Source: Candidatus Micrarchaeota archaeon
GTDB lineage: Archaea > Micrarchaeota > Micrarchaeia > Anstonellales > JAHKLY01
Direction of reading: 5' to 3'
Assembly (NCBI GenBank): GCA_020854825.1
Contig: JAHKLY010000006.1
Location: forward strand, 16,087 to 80,086
Length of the DNA: 64,000 bases
The notes below the pieces were generated by a model that saw only the letters and a list, made by a program, of their open reading frames with translations, made no database searches and was not told where the DNA came from. Made by a program: the position numbers and the translations under genes. Each line of letters starts with the position of its first letter. The first letter of the stretch is position 1. This document shows positions 28,809 through 39,025 of the stretch, piece after piece.

Positions 28809-29210
28809 ATGAAACCCTTAACTTCAAGAATAACAAAAGGTTTAACAACCGGAACAAGAATGACTTGCGCTGACAATAGCGGAGCAAAAATATATGAGAT
28901 AATTGGAGTTTTGAAATATCATGGAGTTAGGGGAAGATATCCTAAAGCAGGAGTAGGAGATACAGTTATTTGTTCAGTTAAAAAAGGAAATCCACAAAAA
29001 AGAAAAAAAGTAGTAAAAGTACTCATAGTAAGACAAAAAAAAGAATACAGAAGAGCAGATGGAACAAGAGTTCAATTTGAAGATAATGCAGGAGTAGAAT
29101 TAGATCCTGAGAAAAAAATTCCAATCGGAACAGAAATAAAGGGTGCAATTGGTAGGGAGATTGTTGAAAGATATCCAAAAGTTGCTGCTATTGCATCCAT
29201 TGTAATATAA
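28809..29210 (+). CDS. rpl14: 50S ribosomal protein uL14
   Basis: CADNSGAK, VRQKKEYRR.DG..FEDNA. Confidence 0.97.
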   Translation: MKPLTSRITKGLTTGTRMTCADNSGAKIYEIIGVLKYHGVRGRYPKAGVGDTVICSVKKGNPQKRKKVVKVLIVRQKKEYRRADGTRVQFEDNAGVELDPEKKIPIGTEIKGAIGREIVERYPKVAAIASIVI

Positions 29211-29221
29211 GGTGAATTAAA

Positions 29222-29578
29222 ATGATAAAATCATCAAAACCAAGAAAACAAAGGAAATTCATTAGGGAAGCACCCTTTCATATACGAAAAAAATTCCTTA
29301 ATGCACATATTTCAAAACCATTAAAAACTCAGTTAGGAACAAAAAAACGAACAATTGCAATTAAAAAAGGAGATAAAGTACAAATAAAAGTAGGCAACAA
29401 AAAAGGAAAATCTGGGAAAATACTAAAAGTAAATTATAAACGATCAATGATATATATAGAAGGAATAACAAGATTAAATTCAAAAAGTGAAGAAAAATTT
29501 ATAGCTGTTAGACCTTCAAATATAGAAATAATTGAATTAGTAATGGATAAAGACAGAACAAAAATATTTAAAAGGTGA
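29222..29578 (+). CDS. rpl24: 50S ribosomal protein uL24
   Basis: SSKPRKQRK, KOW motif GDKVQIKVG. Confidence 0.95.
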   Translation: MIKSSKPRKQRKFIREAPFHIRKKFLNAHISKPLKTQLGTKKRTIAIKKGDKVQIKVGNKKGKSGKILKVNYKRSMIYIEGITRLNSKSEEKFIAVRPSNIEIIELVMDKDRTKIFKR

Positions 29579-29584
29579 ATTTAG

Positions 29585-30289
29585 ATGAGTAAAAAAGGAG
29601 GATCAATCCATAAAAAAAGATTAAACGCTTCAACAATAACAGTATTGGAAAAAAGAAAAGGCCATAAATGGATAGTTGGAACAAAACCAGGACCCCATAA
29701 TAAAGAATTAAGTGTTCCAATAACAGTAGTATTAAGAGATCTATTTAAAACTGTAAAAACAGCAAAAGAAGCAAAAAAATTAATTAGAGATGGAAAAATT
29801 TTAATTGATAATAAAAAAATAAAAGACCATAAATTACCCATAGGATTAATGGATTTAATTTCTTTCCCGGAAGAAAAAATAACATATATGATGACATTAA
29901 ATAAACATGGTAAATTAATAGGAAAGGAAATAAAAGAAAATAACACAAAACTAGGAAAAGTTGTTAAAAAAACAAAAATAAAAAAAGATAAAATTACAAT
30001 TACCTTACATGATGGAAAAACAATAATTTCAGACAACAATGTTAAAATAGGTGATACAATTTTACTATCTTTAAAAGATAAAAAAATAAATAATCTCTTA
30101 AAATTAGAAATTGGAGCTAATTGTTATATCATGGATGGAAAACATGTGGGACATATAGGAATATTAAAAGAAATAATAAAAACAGAAAATTCAAAACAGA
30201 AAATTGCAAAAATTGATGCAAAAGGAAAAGAAATTATAACAGTTTTAGAATATTTATTTATAGTTAATCCAGAATGGGGGAATGAATAA
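29585..30289 (+). CDS. rps4e: 30S ribosomal protein eS4
   Basis: HKKRL, PGPH, PIGLMD, LHDGKT. Confidence 0.95.
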   Translation: MSKKGGSIHKKRLNASTITVLEKRKGHKWIVGTKPGPHNKELSVPITVVLRDLFKTVKTAKEAKKLIRDGKILIDNKKIKDHKLPIGLMDLISFPEEKITYMMTLNKHGKLIGKEIKENNTKLGKVVKKTKIKKDKITITLHDGKTIISDNNVKIGDTILLSLKDKKINNLLKLEIGANCYIMDGKHVGHIGILKEIIKTENSKQKIAKIDAKGKEIITVLEYLFIVNPEWGNE

Positions 30290-30792
30290 TGAATATGCAA
30301 GAAATACTAGTAGAAAAAGTCACTCTAAATATTGGTGCTGGCGAAGGAGGCCAAAAATTAGAGAATGCAAAACTATTACTGGAAAGATTAAGCGGTAGAA
30401 AAGCAATAAAAACTTTGTCAAAAACAAGGAATCCTGTATTTCATATTAAAAAAGGAGATCCAATAGGAGTTAAAGTAACCTTAAGAGGAAAATTAGCTGA
30501 GGATATTCTTAAAAAATCATTAAAAGCAGCAGAAAATAAAATATCTAAAAAATCAATTGATAAGTTTGGAAATTTTTCGTTCGGTGTGAAAGAATACATT
30601 GATTATCCAGGAATAAAATACGATCCAACTATCGGTATTATTGGATTTGATGTATGTGTTACTTTAAAAAGAAAAGGAACAAGAATTGAAAAAAGAAGAA
30701 TTAAACAAACTAAAATCGGTAAAAAACATAAAATAAAAAAAGAAGAATCAATAAATTTTATTAAAGAAAAATATAATATTAATATAGAATAA
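30289..30792 (+). CDS. rpl5: 50S ribosomal protein uL5
   Basis: KVTLNIG.GE, IGVKVTLRG, GNFSFG, YDP.IGI.G. Confidence 0.96.
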   Translation: MNMQEILVEKVTLNIGAGEGGQKLENAKLLLERLSGRKAIKTLSKTRNPVFHIKKGDPIGVKVTLRGKLAEDILKKSLKAAENKISKKSIDKFGNFSFGVKEYIDYPGIKYDPTIGIIGFDVCVTLKRKGTRIEKRRIKQTKIGKKHKIKKEESINFIKEKYNINIE

Positions 30793-30803
30793 TTGGTGTT
30801 TAA

Positions 30804-30986
30804 ATGGCAGAAAAAAAGAAGAAAAAAATGAAAGGTGTTCCATACGAAAAAAAGTTTAAAGGTAAGATTGATGGAAAATGTAAAATATGTGGTTCAACTA
30901 GAAGTGTGATATACTCGTATAGTTTACAAATATGTAGAAAATGTTTTAGGGAAATGGCCGAAGATATTGGCTTTAGAAAATATTAG
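30804..30986 (+). CDS. rps14: 30S ribosomal protein uS14 (Zn-binding)
   Basis: CKICG...ICRKCFRE...GFRKY. Confidence 0.95.
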   Translation: MAEKKKKKMKGVPYEKKFKGKIDGKCKICGSTRSVIYSYSLQICRKCFREMAEDIGFRKY

Positions 30987-30994
30987 GTGGTAAA

Positions 30995-31381
30995 ATGGTT
31001 AATGACACAGTGGCAGATTCATTAAACAGAATGAAAACTCATGAACAAGTAGGAAAAAAAGAGTGCATTATTCAAGCATCAAAGTTAATGAAAGAAATAT
31101 TAAAGATATTACAATCAAATAAGTATATTGGAACATATGAATTAATTGAAGAAGGCCATGCAAAATTATTTAGAATTGAATTAGTAGGGAGAATAAATAA
31201 ATGTTCTGCAATAAAACCTAGATTTCCAGTTAAAAAAGATGAATGGACTAAATGGGAACAACAGTATATACCCGCAATTGGTTTTGGAATGTTAATAGTT
31301 TCAACACCAAAAGGAATTATGACAAATAAAGAAGCAAAAGAACATAAAGTAGGGGGCAGAATAATAGCTTATATTTATTAG
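30995..31381 (+). CDS. rps8: 30S ribosomal protein uS8
   Basis: GRINKC.AIKPRF, VSTPKGIM, GGRIIAYIY. Confidence 0.96.
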   Translation: MVNDTVADSLNRMKTHEQVGKKECIIQASKLMKEILKILQSNKYIGTYELIEEGHAKLFRIELVGRINKCSAIKPRFPVKKDEWTKWEQQYIPAIGFGMLIVSTPKGIMTNKEAKEHKVGGRIIAYIY

Positions 31382-31390
31382 GTGTGTTTT

Positions 31391-31894
31391 ATGGTAGAAG
31401 AAAGATTAGAAATACCACAAGGAATTACCATGGATATAAATGGTTTACAAATAACAGTTAAAGGTCCAAAAGGAGAAATAACAAGAATCTTTAAAGTTCA
31501 TGAATTACAGATAAACAAACAAGATAATTTTGTAGTATTACAAGGTAAAAAACTTTCAATTACTAGAACTATAAAATCACATATAAACAATATGTTTATT
31601 GGAGTAAAAGAAGGATATGAAAAACATATGAAAGTTGTATTTTCACATTTCCCAATTTCATTAACTGTTAAAAATAATAAATTAGAAATCAAAAATTTTA
31701 TAGGTGAAAAAAACCCAAGATTTGCTAAAATAGTTAAAAATTCAGAAGTTCAAATAAATGGACAAGATATTACAATAAAAGGAGTTGACAAAGAATCAGT
31801 TGGACAAACTGCAGCAAATTTAATGACTGCAACAAAAATTAAAAAATTAGACCCAAGAGTATTCCAAGATGGGATATATCCAAAAATTGAGTGA
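31391..31894 (+). CDS. rpl6: 50S ribosomal protein uL6
   Basis: HFPI, NFIGEK, GQTAAN, DPRVFQDGIY. Confidence 0.96.
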   Translation: MVEERLEIPQGITMDINGLQITVKGPKGEITRIFKVHELQINKQDNFVVLQGKKLSITRTIKSHINNMFIGVKEGYEKHMKVVFSHFPISLTVKNNKLEIKNFIGEKNPRFAKIVKNSEVQINGQDITIKGVDKESVGQTAANLMTATKIKKLDPRVFQDGIYPKIE

Positions 31895-31899
31895 TTTTT

Positions 31900-32253
31900 A
31901 TGACAGAAGAAATTAGAAAAAAGAAAAAAGACCATCCAAGATTCAAAAGACCTAATGTTGGAAGAACAAAAAGATCTAGGTTAGATGACAAATGGAAAAG
32001 ACCAAGAGGTCAAGGTAACAAACAAAGAAAAAAACTAAACAAAGCAGGTAAATGGCCAACTATTGGTTATGGAAATTCAGATTTAATAAAAAATGTACAT
32101 CCTTGTGGATTTAAAGAAGTAATAGTTCATACTATAAAAGAATTAACAAATTTAGAAAATGTTGCAATTAGAATCGGTGCAACAGTAGGAAAAAGGAAAA
32201 AAATAAAAATAATTGAAAAAGCAAAAGAAAAAGGTTTAAAAATTTTAAATTAG
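31900..32253 (+). CDS. rpl32e: 50S ribosomal protein eL32
   Basis: WKRPRG..NK.R, IGYG, HPCG. Confidence 0.95.
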   Translation: MTEEIRKKKKDHPRFKRPNVGRTKRSRLDDKWKRPRGQGNKQRKKLNKAGKWPTIGYGNSDLIKNVHPCGFKEVIVHTIKELTNLENVAIRIGATVGKRKKIKIIEKAKEKGLKILN

Positions 32254-32262
32254 GTGAAATAA

Positions 32263-32847
32263 ATGTCAATAAAAACAATAAGAAGAATTGCATCAGATAT
32301 ATTAAACATCGGGGAAAATAAAATAAAAATAAAACCTGATGAAACTACTAAAGTAAAAGAAGCATTAACTAGGGATGACGTTAGATCATTAATTAAAGAT
32401 GGAATAGTTTATAAAACAAAAAAACAAGGAGTATCAAGAGCAGGTGCAAAAGAAAGACAAAAACAGAGAAAGAAAGGAAGACAAAAAGGTGCAGGAAAAA
32501 GAAAAGGCAGAATAAAAAAATTACCAAAAAAACAATGGATATTAAGATGTAGAATTCAAAGAGAAATTTTAACATATTTAACTAATAGTAAATTAATTGA
32601 ATCTGGGGATAGAAAAAATATTTATTATAAAATCAAGGGTGGATTTTTTAAAAATAAAAGAAGTTTAATAACATACATAAATGATAATAAACTTTCAAAA
32701 AATACATTAATTTTAGAGGAAATAATTACAGAAATGAAAAAGAAAAGAAAAAAGATAATCAAAACACCTAAACAAACAAAAGAACAAAAAAAATCTAAAA
32801 AAATAACAGAGACAAAACCAAAAGTAGTGGAGAAAAATAAAAAATAG
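32263..32847 (+). CDS. rpl19e: 50S ribosomal protein eL19 with Lys-rich tail
   Basis: RRIASDIL, TRDDVRSLI, G.GKRKG, KIKGG.F. Confidence 0.95.
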   Translation: MSIKTIRRIASDILNIGENKIKIKPDETTKVKEALTRDDVRSLIKDGIVYKTKKQGVSRAGAKERQKQRKKGRQKGAGKRKGRIKKLPKKQWILRCRIQREILTYLTNSKLIESGDRKNIYYKIKGGFFKNKRSLITYINDNKLSKNTLILEEIITEMKKKRKKIIKTPKQTKEQKKSKKITETKPKVVEKNKK

Positions 32848-32857
32848 GTGAATATTT

Positions 32858-33451
32858 ATGGCAAAAGCAACAGGACCAACATATGTAGTTCCTTTCAAAA
32901 GGAGAAGAAGCAGAATAACTAATTACAAAAAAAGATTAGGATTAATAAAAAGTGGACTCCCAAGAATGGTAATTAGAAGTTCAAATAAAACAATTGAAGT
33001 TCAATTTGTACAATATGTTGAAAATGGAGATAAAATAGTTCATTCAGTTAATTCTAACACACTTAAAAAATATGGCTGGAATCCTAAAAGAAACTCCCCA
33101 ACTGCATATTTAACTTCTTTCTTATGCGCAACACAAGCAAAGAAAAAAGGAATAACAGATTTTGTTTTAGATATTGGTATGAAAACTCCTTCAAAGGGGG
33201 CAATAATTTTTATTGGAGCAAAAGGAGCATTAGACGCAGGATTAATAACTCCATTTGGAGAAGAAAAATTAATTAAAGAAAGAATAAATGGTGCTCATAT
33301 TGGAGAATATGCTAAAAAACTAAAACAAGAAGATGAAAATAAATACAAAAACATATTCTCATCTTATATTAAAATGGGTATTAACCCTGAAGAAATTTCA
33401 AAAACATTTGAGGAAATAAGAGAAAAGCTCAAAAAAGGTGGTAATGAATGA
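32858..33451 (+). CDS. rpl18: 50S ribosomal protein uL18
   Basis: VPFKRRR..TNY.KRL, AYLT, LDIG, GALDAGL. Confidence 0.95.
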   Translation: MAKATGPTYVVPFKRRRSRITNYKKRLGLIKSGLPRMVIRSSNKTIEVQFVQYVENGDKIVHSVNSNTLKKYGWNPKRNSPTAYLTSFLCATQAKKKGITDFVLDIGMKTPSKGAIIFIGAKGALDAGLITPFGEEKLIKERINGAHIGEYAKKLKQEDENKYKNIFSSYIKMGINPEEISKTFEEIREKLKKGGNE

Positions 33452-34086
33452 GAAGAAGAATAAATGGTAGAAGAGCATCTGCTGTTATCGATATAGGCGC
33501 ATGGACACCAAAAACAAGAATAGGAGAAAAAGTTAAAGCAGGACAAATAAATACCATCGAAGAAATTTTTGATCAAGGAAAACCCATTTTAGAAACTGAA
33601 ATAGTTGATTATTTACTTCCAAATTTAGAATATGAAGTTTTAGAGATAAGAAACACAACAAGAATGACTGATTGTGGAAGGAAAATGACATTTAGAGTTG
33701 TTGTATTAGTTGGCGATAAAAACGGCCATATTGGATTAGGAGCAGGAAAAAGTGAAGAAGTAAAACCTGCAATTGAATCTGCATTAAAAGATGCAAAGAA
33801 AAAGATAATTTCTGTTAAAAAAGGATGTGGATCTTGGGAATGTGGATGTGGAAAACCCCATTCACTACCATTCAAAACAAAAGGAAAATTAGGAAGTGTT
33901 AGTGTAGAATTATATCCTGCACCAAAAGGTTTAGGATTAGTAGCAAACACAGTTATTAAAAAAGTATTAGAACTAGCTGGGATAAATGATGCATCAAGTG
34001 CAGCAAGAGGTAGTACTACTAACTTATTTAATGCTGCATCAGCTACAATAATTGCATTAGACAATATTAATCATATGAAAGTATAA
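33448..34086 (+). CDS. rps5: 30S ribosomal protein uS5
   Basis: WTPKTRIG, GCGSWEC.C..PHS, PAPKG.GLV. Confidence 0.96.
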   Translation: MRRRINGRRASAVIDIGAWTPKTRIGEKVKAGQINTIEEIFDQGKPILETEIVDYLLPNLEYEVLEIRNTTRMTDCGRKMTFRVVVLVGDKNGHIGLGAGKSEEVKPAIESALKDAKKKIISVKKGCGSWECGCGKPHSLPFKTKGKLGSVSVELYPAPKGLGLVANTVIKKVLELAGINDASSAARGSTTNLFNAASATIIALDNINHMKV

Positions 34087-34097
34087 GGGGTATATTT

Positions 34098-34526
34098 ATG
34101 AAATTAGCAATAATTAGAGTAAGAGGATTATGGGGAATAAAACCTAAAATAAAAAATACTATGGAAAAATTAAACTTAACAAAAGTAAATCATTGTGTTA
34201 TTGTAGACGACTCTCCAACATATTTGGGAATGTTAAAAATTTGCAAAGATTATGTAGCATATGGTCCCATTAGTGACACTATGATTGAAAAAGTTATTAC
34301 TAAAAGAGGAAGAAAACCAGGAAACAAAAAAGTAGATATCGAAGATATATCTGGATTTGTAGAAAAATTTATACAAGGAAAAGCAGATATTAAACATTTA
34401 GGTATTAAACCAGTTTTCAGATTAACCCCTCCAAAAAAAGGATACAAAAGTATAAAACAAGCATACCCAAGGGGAGCATTAGGTAAATGGCCTAATATAG
34501 ATGAATTACTAAATAAAATGATTTAA
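34098..34526 (+). CDS. rpl30: 50S ribosomal protein uL30
   Basis: AIIRVRG, FRLTPPKKG. Confidence 0.95.
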   Translation: MKLAIIRVRGLWGIKPKIKNTMEKLNLTKVNHCVIVDDSPTYLGMLKICKDYVAYGPISDTMIEKVITKRGRKPGNKKVDIEDISGFVEKFIQGKADIKHLGIKPVFRLTPPKKGYKSIKQAYPRGALGKWPNIDELLNKMI

Positions 34527-34537
34527 TTGGTGATATT

Positions 34538-34996
34538 ATGCCCATAAGAAAAAATAAAAAGAACACAAAATACTTAGGAAACAGAACTCACGGAAGAGGA
34601 GATACAAAAAGAGGTAGAGGTAAAGGAAATAAAGGAGGAATAGGAAACAGTGGTTGGAATAAACACAAATGGACTAAATGTGCAAAAAACAAAAAACAAT
34701 GGATGCATGAATCAAAAGGATTTACAACTCCTGTTGATAAATCATTAGATACTATTAACGTTTTTAAAATCTCAGATATGATTGAAAAAGGAAAAATAAA
34801 AGATTCTTATGAATTTAAAGGTAAAATTTTAGGATCTGGTGAAATAATCTTCCCAATAAAAATTAAAGCATTATCTTTTACTGAAAAGGCAAAGGAAAAA
34901 ATAAAAGCAGCTGGGGGTTCAGTAGAATTAATAGTAAAAGATAAAAAGGTTGCTAATGTATTAAATGCGGAGGAGAAGCCAGATGTCAAGTCTTGA
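34538..34996 (+). CDS. rpl15: 50S ribosomal protein uL15
   Basis: GNRTHGRG...RGKG.KGG.G, KILGSG, AKEKI.AAGG. Confidence 0.95.
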   Translation: MPIRKNKKNTKYLGNRTHGRGDTKRGRGKGNKGGIGNSGWNKHKWTKCAKNKKQWMHESKGFTTPVDKSLDTINVFKISDMIEKGKIKDSYEFKGKILGSGEIIFPIKIKALSFTEKAKEKIKAAGGSVELIVKDKKVANVLNAEEKPDVKS

Positions 34997-36470
34997 TTTT
35001 TTAAAACCAATAATACATTTATTACCTGAAATAAAAAACCCAGATAGACCTTTAGGATTAAAAGAAAAATTAATTTGGGTAGGAATTGCTTTAGCTTTGT
35101 TTTTTATTATGTCTAATATTACTGCATTTGGTGTTGATACAAGTAATATGCAAGGATTAGAATTCTTACAAGTTGTAACTGCATCAAGCATAGGAACCTT
35201 ATTAACAGCAGGTATTGGGCCTATTGTATTGGCAAGTATATTTTTACAATTATTTAACGGAGCTGGAATACTCCATTTTGATATGCAAGACCCAGAAGAT
35301 AAAAAAACATTTTTTGGAGTTCAAAAATTGTTAGCCATAATATTAGCTATTTTTGAAGGTATAATGTTCGTATTTTTGGGAAGATTAGATCTGATATCAA
35401 ACACATTTTTTATGCAAACAATAGTTGTATCACAAATTGCTCTTAGTTCTATTATATTATTATATTTAGATGAAATAGTATCAAAATATGGGGTTGGTTC
35501 AGGAATTAGTCTATTTATTGCTGCAAATGTGTCCTTCACTATAATTTCTGGGGCATTAAGTTTATTAGGTTTTAATAATCCTAATGGAGTATTACAAATA
35601 CTTCAAGCAGGAGGTGCAGATGCAATACCAAATGCTATTTTATATATGACTCCATTTTACTTCACTATTATTGTATTTTTAATTATTGTATATGCTGAAG
35701 GAATGAAAGTAGAACTTCCTTTATCATTTGGTTTAGCAAAAGGAGTGGGGGGAAGATTTCCCATAAAATTCCTTTACGTTTCAAATATACCTGTGATTTT
35801 AACAGCAGCATTACTTCTAAATATACAATTCTTAGCGGCAGTATTACCTGCAAAGGACCAGGGAGTAATGCCAGATGGATTTGATTTAGTAGGTTCAATT
35901 GGGTGGGTAGTGAATGTACCAAAAGGAACAATGATTAATGGAGAAGAAGAATTTTACCCAGATTTACAAGATGGATTTTTATATTTAATAACTCAACGGG
36001 GGTTGTCGCCAAATCCTTTACTTACTGGAAGAAGTGTATTTGATCATTGGGGATTAATTTTATCTTCAAGTACTCCAATATTCAAAATACCTGAAATCAT
36101 GCATTTACTTATATATGCGATTGTATTTACTGGATTATGTATTTTATTTGGTATGTTTTGGGTTGAAACAGCAGGCATGGGACCAAAAGATGTTGCATCA
36201 CAATTACAATCTTCAGGATTCCAAATCCCAGGGTTTAGAAGAGATCCAAGAGCAATTGAAAATGTTGTAAACAGATATATTCCAGTCATAGTTATATTAG
36301 GAAGCGCATTTGTAGGCATAATTGCAGTATTAGCAGATTTAACAGGTGCATTAGGTACAGGAACAGGTATCTTATTAACTGTAGGTATTTTACACAGATT
36401 TTATGAAGAATTAAAATCCATGAATGCTTTTGGTTTACATCCTGGATTTGGAAGAATGTTTGGTATTTAA
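34983..36470 (+). CDS. secY: Preprotein translocase subunit SecY
   Basis: GIGPIV.ASI, GSGISLFI, YVSNIPVI, IPGFR, GTGTGILL. Confidence 0.97.
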   Translation: MSSLDFLKPIIHLLPEIKNPDRPLGLKEKLIWVGIALALFFIMSNITAFGVDTSNMQGLEFLQVVTASSIGTLLTAGIGPIVLASIFLQLFNGAGILHFDMQDPEDKKTFFGVQKLLAIILAIFEGIMFVFLGRLDLISNTFFMQTIVVSQIALSSIILLYLDEIVSKYGVGSGISLFIAANVSFTIISGALSLLGFNNPNGVLQILQAGGADAIPNAILYMTPFYFTIIVFLIIVYAEGMKVELPLSFGLAKGVGGRFPIKFLYVSNIPVILTAALLLNIQFLAAVLPAKDQGVMPDGFDLVGSIGWVVNVPKGTMINGEEEFYPDLQDGFLYLITQRGLSPNPLLTGRSVFDHWGLILSSSTPIFKIPEIMHLLIYAIVFTGLCILFGMFWVETAGMGPKDVASQLQSSGFQIPGFRRDPRAIENVVNRYIPVIVILGSAFVGIIAVLADLTGALGTGTGILLTVGILHRFYEELKSMNAFGLHPGFGRMFGI

Positions 36471-36482
36471 TTGGTGAAATAA

Positions 36483-37028
36483 ATGATAATAGTAACTGGG
36501 ACTCCAGGATCAGGAAAAACGACATTAATTAATTCATTTAAAGATAAATATACAATTCTCAATTATGGAACTATTATGTTTGAAATAGCAATGGAAGAAG
36601 GGATAGTAGACGATCGAGATGAGTTAAGAAAAATACCTTTCAAAAAACAACTAGAATTACAAAAAAAAGCAGCAAAAAAAATAGCATTAGTTGGAAAAAC
36701 AAGTAATGTAATTTTAGATACTCACGCATCAATTTCAACACCTACTGGATACTATCCTGGATTAAGTAAAGAAGCATTACAAATCTTAAATCCAGATACA
36801 ATAGTATTTGTATATGTTCCATTTGAAGAATTAGTAGAAAGAATTCAAGAAGATAATTCAAGAAAAAGAGATGAATTTATTAATAAACAAAAAGTAGATG
36901 AATTAATTGAAATATCTAAATTATTTATAGCAACTTATGCAGCTGAATGTAGTGCAAAAATAGCTTTAATTAATAACTCAGGTCCTGTTGGATCAGCAGT
37001 TCCTGAAATGAAAAAAATATTAGAATAG
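36483..37028 (+). CDS. adkA: Archaeal adenylate kinase
   Basis: GTPGSGKTT, DRDELRK, LDTH, YYPGL; follows secY. Confidence 0.94.
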   Translation: MIIVTGTPGSGKTTLINSFKDKYTILNYGTIMFEIAMEEGIVDDRDELRKIPFKKQLELQKKAAKKIALVGKTSNVILDTHASISTPTGYYPGLSKEALQILNPDTIVFVYVPFEELVERIQEDNSRKRDEFINKQKVDELIEISKLFIATYAAECSAKIALINNSGPVGSAVPEMKKILE

Positions 37029-37036
37029 GTGTAAAA

Positions 37037-37519
37037 ATGGATGAATTAATAATAAATGCATTGATCATTGTTGTAATCGCAGTATTTTATTCCTGTTTTT
37101 CTTTATTTATCAACAGAAAAATCGGAAAAAGAAAAGAAACTATGGAAATACAAGCTAAAATGAATACAATTAATAAAGAACTAAGACAAGCAATAAAAGA
37201 AAAAAATGATTCTAAAATAAAAGAATTAGAAAAACAACAAAGAGAAATCATGCCTTTGATGACAAAAGTTATGTTTAATAGTTTAAAACCAATGATTGTA
37301 ATCCTTCCTGCATTTTTCATAATAATTTGGCTTGTTACATCAATAGTGCCTTCCTTTTCAATTGATTTAGGATTTGGTATTCCTATGTTCCATCCAGGAA
37401 CAGTTTATGGAACAAGAGGATTTTTTGTATTAGTGACAGTTATAATAGGAATACCATTAGGTATGATTGTAAATCATTTTGATAAAAAAAGCATGGCAAA
37501 TGAGAATCAAAATAATTAA
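37037..37519 (+). CDS. DUF106 / EMC3-TMCO1 (Oxa1 superfamily) membrane protein
   Basis: TM1, coiled coil, KPM motif, TM2, TM3; conserved position after adk. Confidence 0.88.
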   Translation: MDELIINALIIVVIAVFYSCFSLFINRKIGKRKETMEIQAKMNTINKELRQAIKEKNDSKIKELEKQQREIMPLMTKVMFNSLKPMIVILPAFFIIIWLVTSIVPSFSIDLGFGIPMFHPGTVYGTRGFFVLVTVIIGIPLGMIVNHFDKKSMANENQNN

Positions 37520-37572
37520 AAATACGTTCAATCATATTATTTATGAAATTATGTTAAAATGAGGTGGTTATA

Positions 37573-37896
37573 GTGCCAAAACCAAAAGATAGATCAAGAT
37601 CAAAAAGAAAAGTAGCAGTAAAAGTCCCAGGGGGGAAAACAAAAATAATTGCAAAAAAGAAAATACATCAAGATAAACAAAGATGTGCTATTTGTAAATC
37701 TGTTCTTCAAGCTACACATTCAGATAAAAAAATGAGTAAATCAGAAAAAAGACCAGAAAGGAAATTTGGAGGCCACCTATGCCACAAATGTTTAGATAAA
37801 GTAATAACTCAAAGTACAAGATTAAATGAAGGAATTGTTGCTATTGATGATATAGAAATACGTTTTAGACCATACGTAAAAAAACTAAGCAACTAA
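37573..37896 (+). CDS. rpl34e: 50S ribosomal protein eL34
   Basis: PGGK, CAIC, KRPERKFGGHLC..C; GTG start after GAGGTG. Confidence 0.94.
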   Translation: MPKPKDRSRSKRKVAVKVPGGKTKIIAKKKIHQDKQRCAICKSVLQATHSDKKMSKSEKRPERKFGGHLCHKCLDKVITQSTRLNEGIVAIDDIEIRFRPYVKKLSN

Positions 37897-37916
37897 CTTT
37901 TATTTTTTTTCTTTTT

Positions 37917-38876
37917 TTATTTAAATATATTCTTAGGATAGTAATTTTTGAATATTTCAGTTAAAATATAAATATCATAAAGTTTAATGATTTCTCCAAA
38001 ATTTTTCCGTATATCTATAATGAATTTTCTTAATTCCAATGAATTTGATATTATTAATCCAATATCTAAATCCCAATTTTCATGACCTAAATAATTGTAA
38101 TAATAAATAACTTTTGGATGTTGTCTTAAAAACGAATATAATTTTTTATTTTCAAGAATATCTAATTTTAATTGTAAATTATACACTTCGTATCCTAATT
38201 TCTTAAAATCAATAGATATTGTATATCCTAAAATAATTTTTGATTTTTCAAGATTTTTGATTCTATATTTAATGGAATTTGGAGTTAAATTAAGTTTTTT
38301 AGCTAGTTCTACATAACTTATTCTTGAATCATTTGAAAGTATTTTAATAATTTTTTTATCCATTTCATCTATAGTATATTCTTTTTGTTTTTTTTGTTTT
38401 TTTAATTTTGTTAGTTTATACTCTTCACCAACAAATTTAGTAGGAAAGTTTTCTTCGTGCATACCAGTTCCAGTTAATATAAATTTATCCAAATATTTCT
38501 TACACTTTTCTGTTATGTCATTAGTTATATCTTTTAATTCTTTTTCATTTTTTGCTAAAATATCAAATGCAACATTCCATTTCCCAATAATTGGAGATAA
38601 ATACATTATGGAATTATGATTTATTAAATATTTAATGATTATTTCTTCTTGCTCTAACGATATTCCTTTAAATTGTATAAAACACCCATATTTTTTATAG
38701 CCTAGTTTTTTGAAATCAATTAAAGTAGTAAAATCTTTAATAAATGTATATTTTAATTTATTAATTCTATAATTTGCAACCTCTCTACTTATGTTTACTT
38801 TTTTTGCTAACTTATTCGTAGATTCTCTTGAATTTAATAATAATTCTTTTAGTATTTTCTCGTCTTTTTTATCCAT
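37917..38876 (-). CDS. Lrp/AsnC-family regulator, tandem-duplicated
   Basis: Two HTH plus RAM-like halves (DKKDEKIL..L..NSR and DEMDKKII..L..DSR). Confidence 0.9.
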   Translation of the reverse strand: MDKKDEKILKELLLNSRESTNKLAKKVNISREVANYRINKLKYTFIKDFTTLIDFKKLGYKKYGCFIQFKGISLEQEEIIIKYLINHNSIMYLSPIIGKWNVAFDILAKNEKELKDITNDITEKCKKYLDKFILTGTGMHEENFPTKFVGEEYKLTKLKKQKKQKEYTIDEMDKKIIKILSNDSRISYVELAKKLNLTPNSIKYRIKNLEKSKIILGYTISIDFKKLGYEVYNLQLKLDILENKKLYSFLRQHPKVIYYYNYLGHENWDLDIGLIISNSLELRKFIIDIRKNFGEIIKLYDIYILTEIFKNYYPKNIFK

Positions 38877-39025
38877 ATTTTACATTTATTAATATAAAAG
38901 TATATAAATGTTTCAGTTATGTAAAATTTTAGACAATAACTTTTATATATTTAAAAATACCTATTAATATCAGGAGGTTAGTTTAATTACTAAACCTTAC
39001 TAAACTGATGTAGGAGGTAATTGAT

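Noticed and set aside
38967-39011. Second uL1-binding site or fluoride riboswitch upstream of the 39026 gene
   Set aside because: It has G-GA-GG, but the opposite loop starts with U rather than G and the gene is not ribosomal; the fluoride riboswitch consensus is absent
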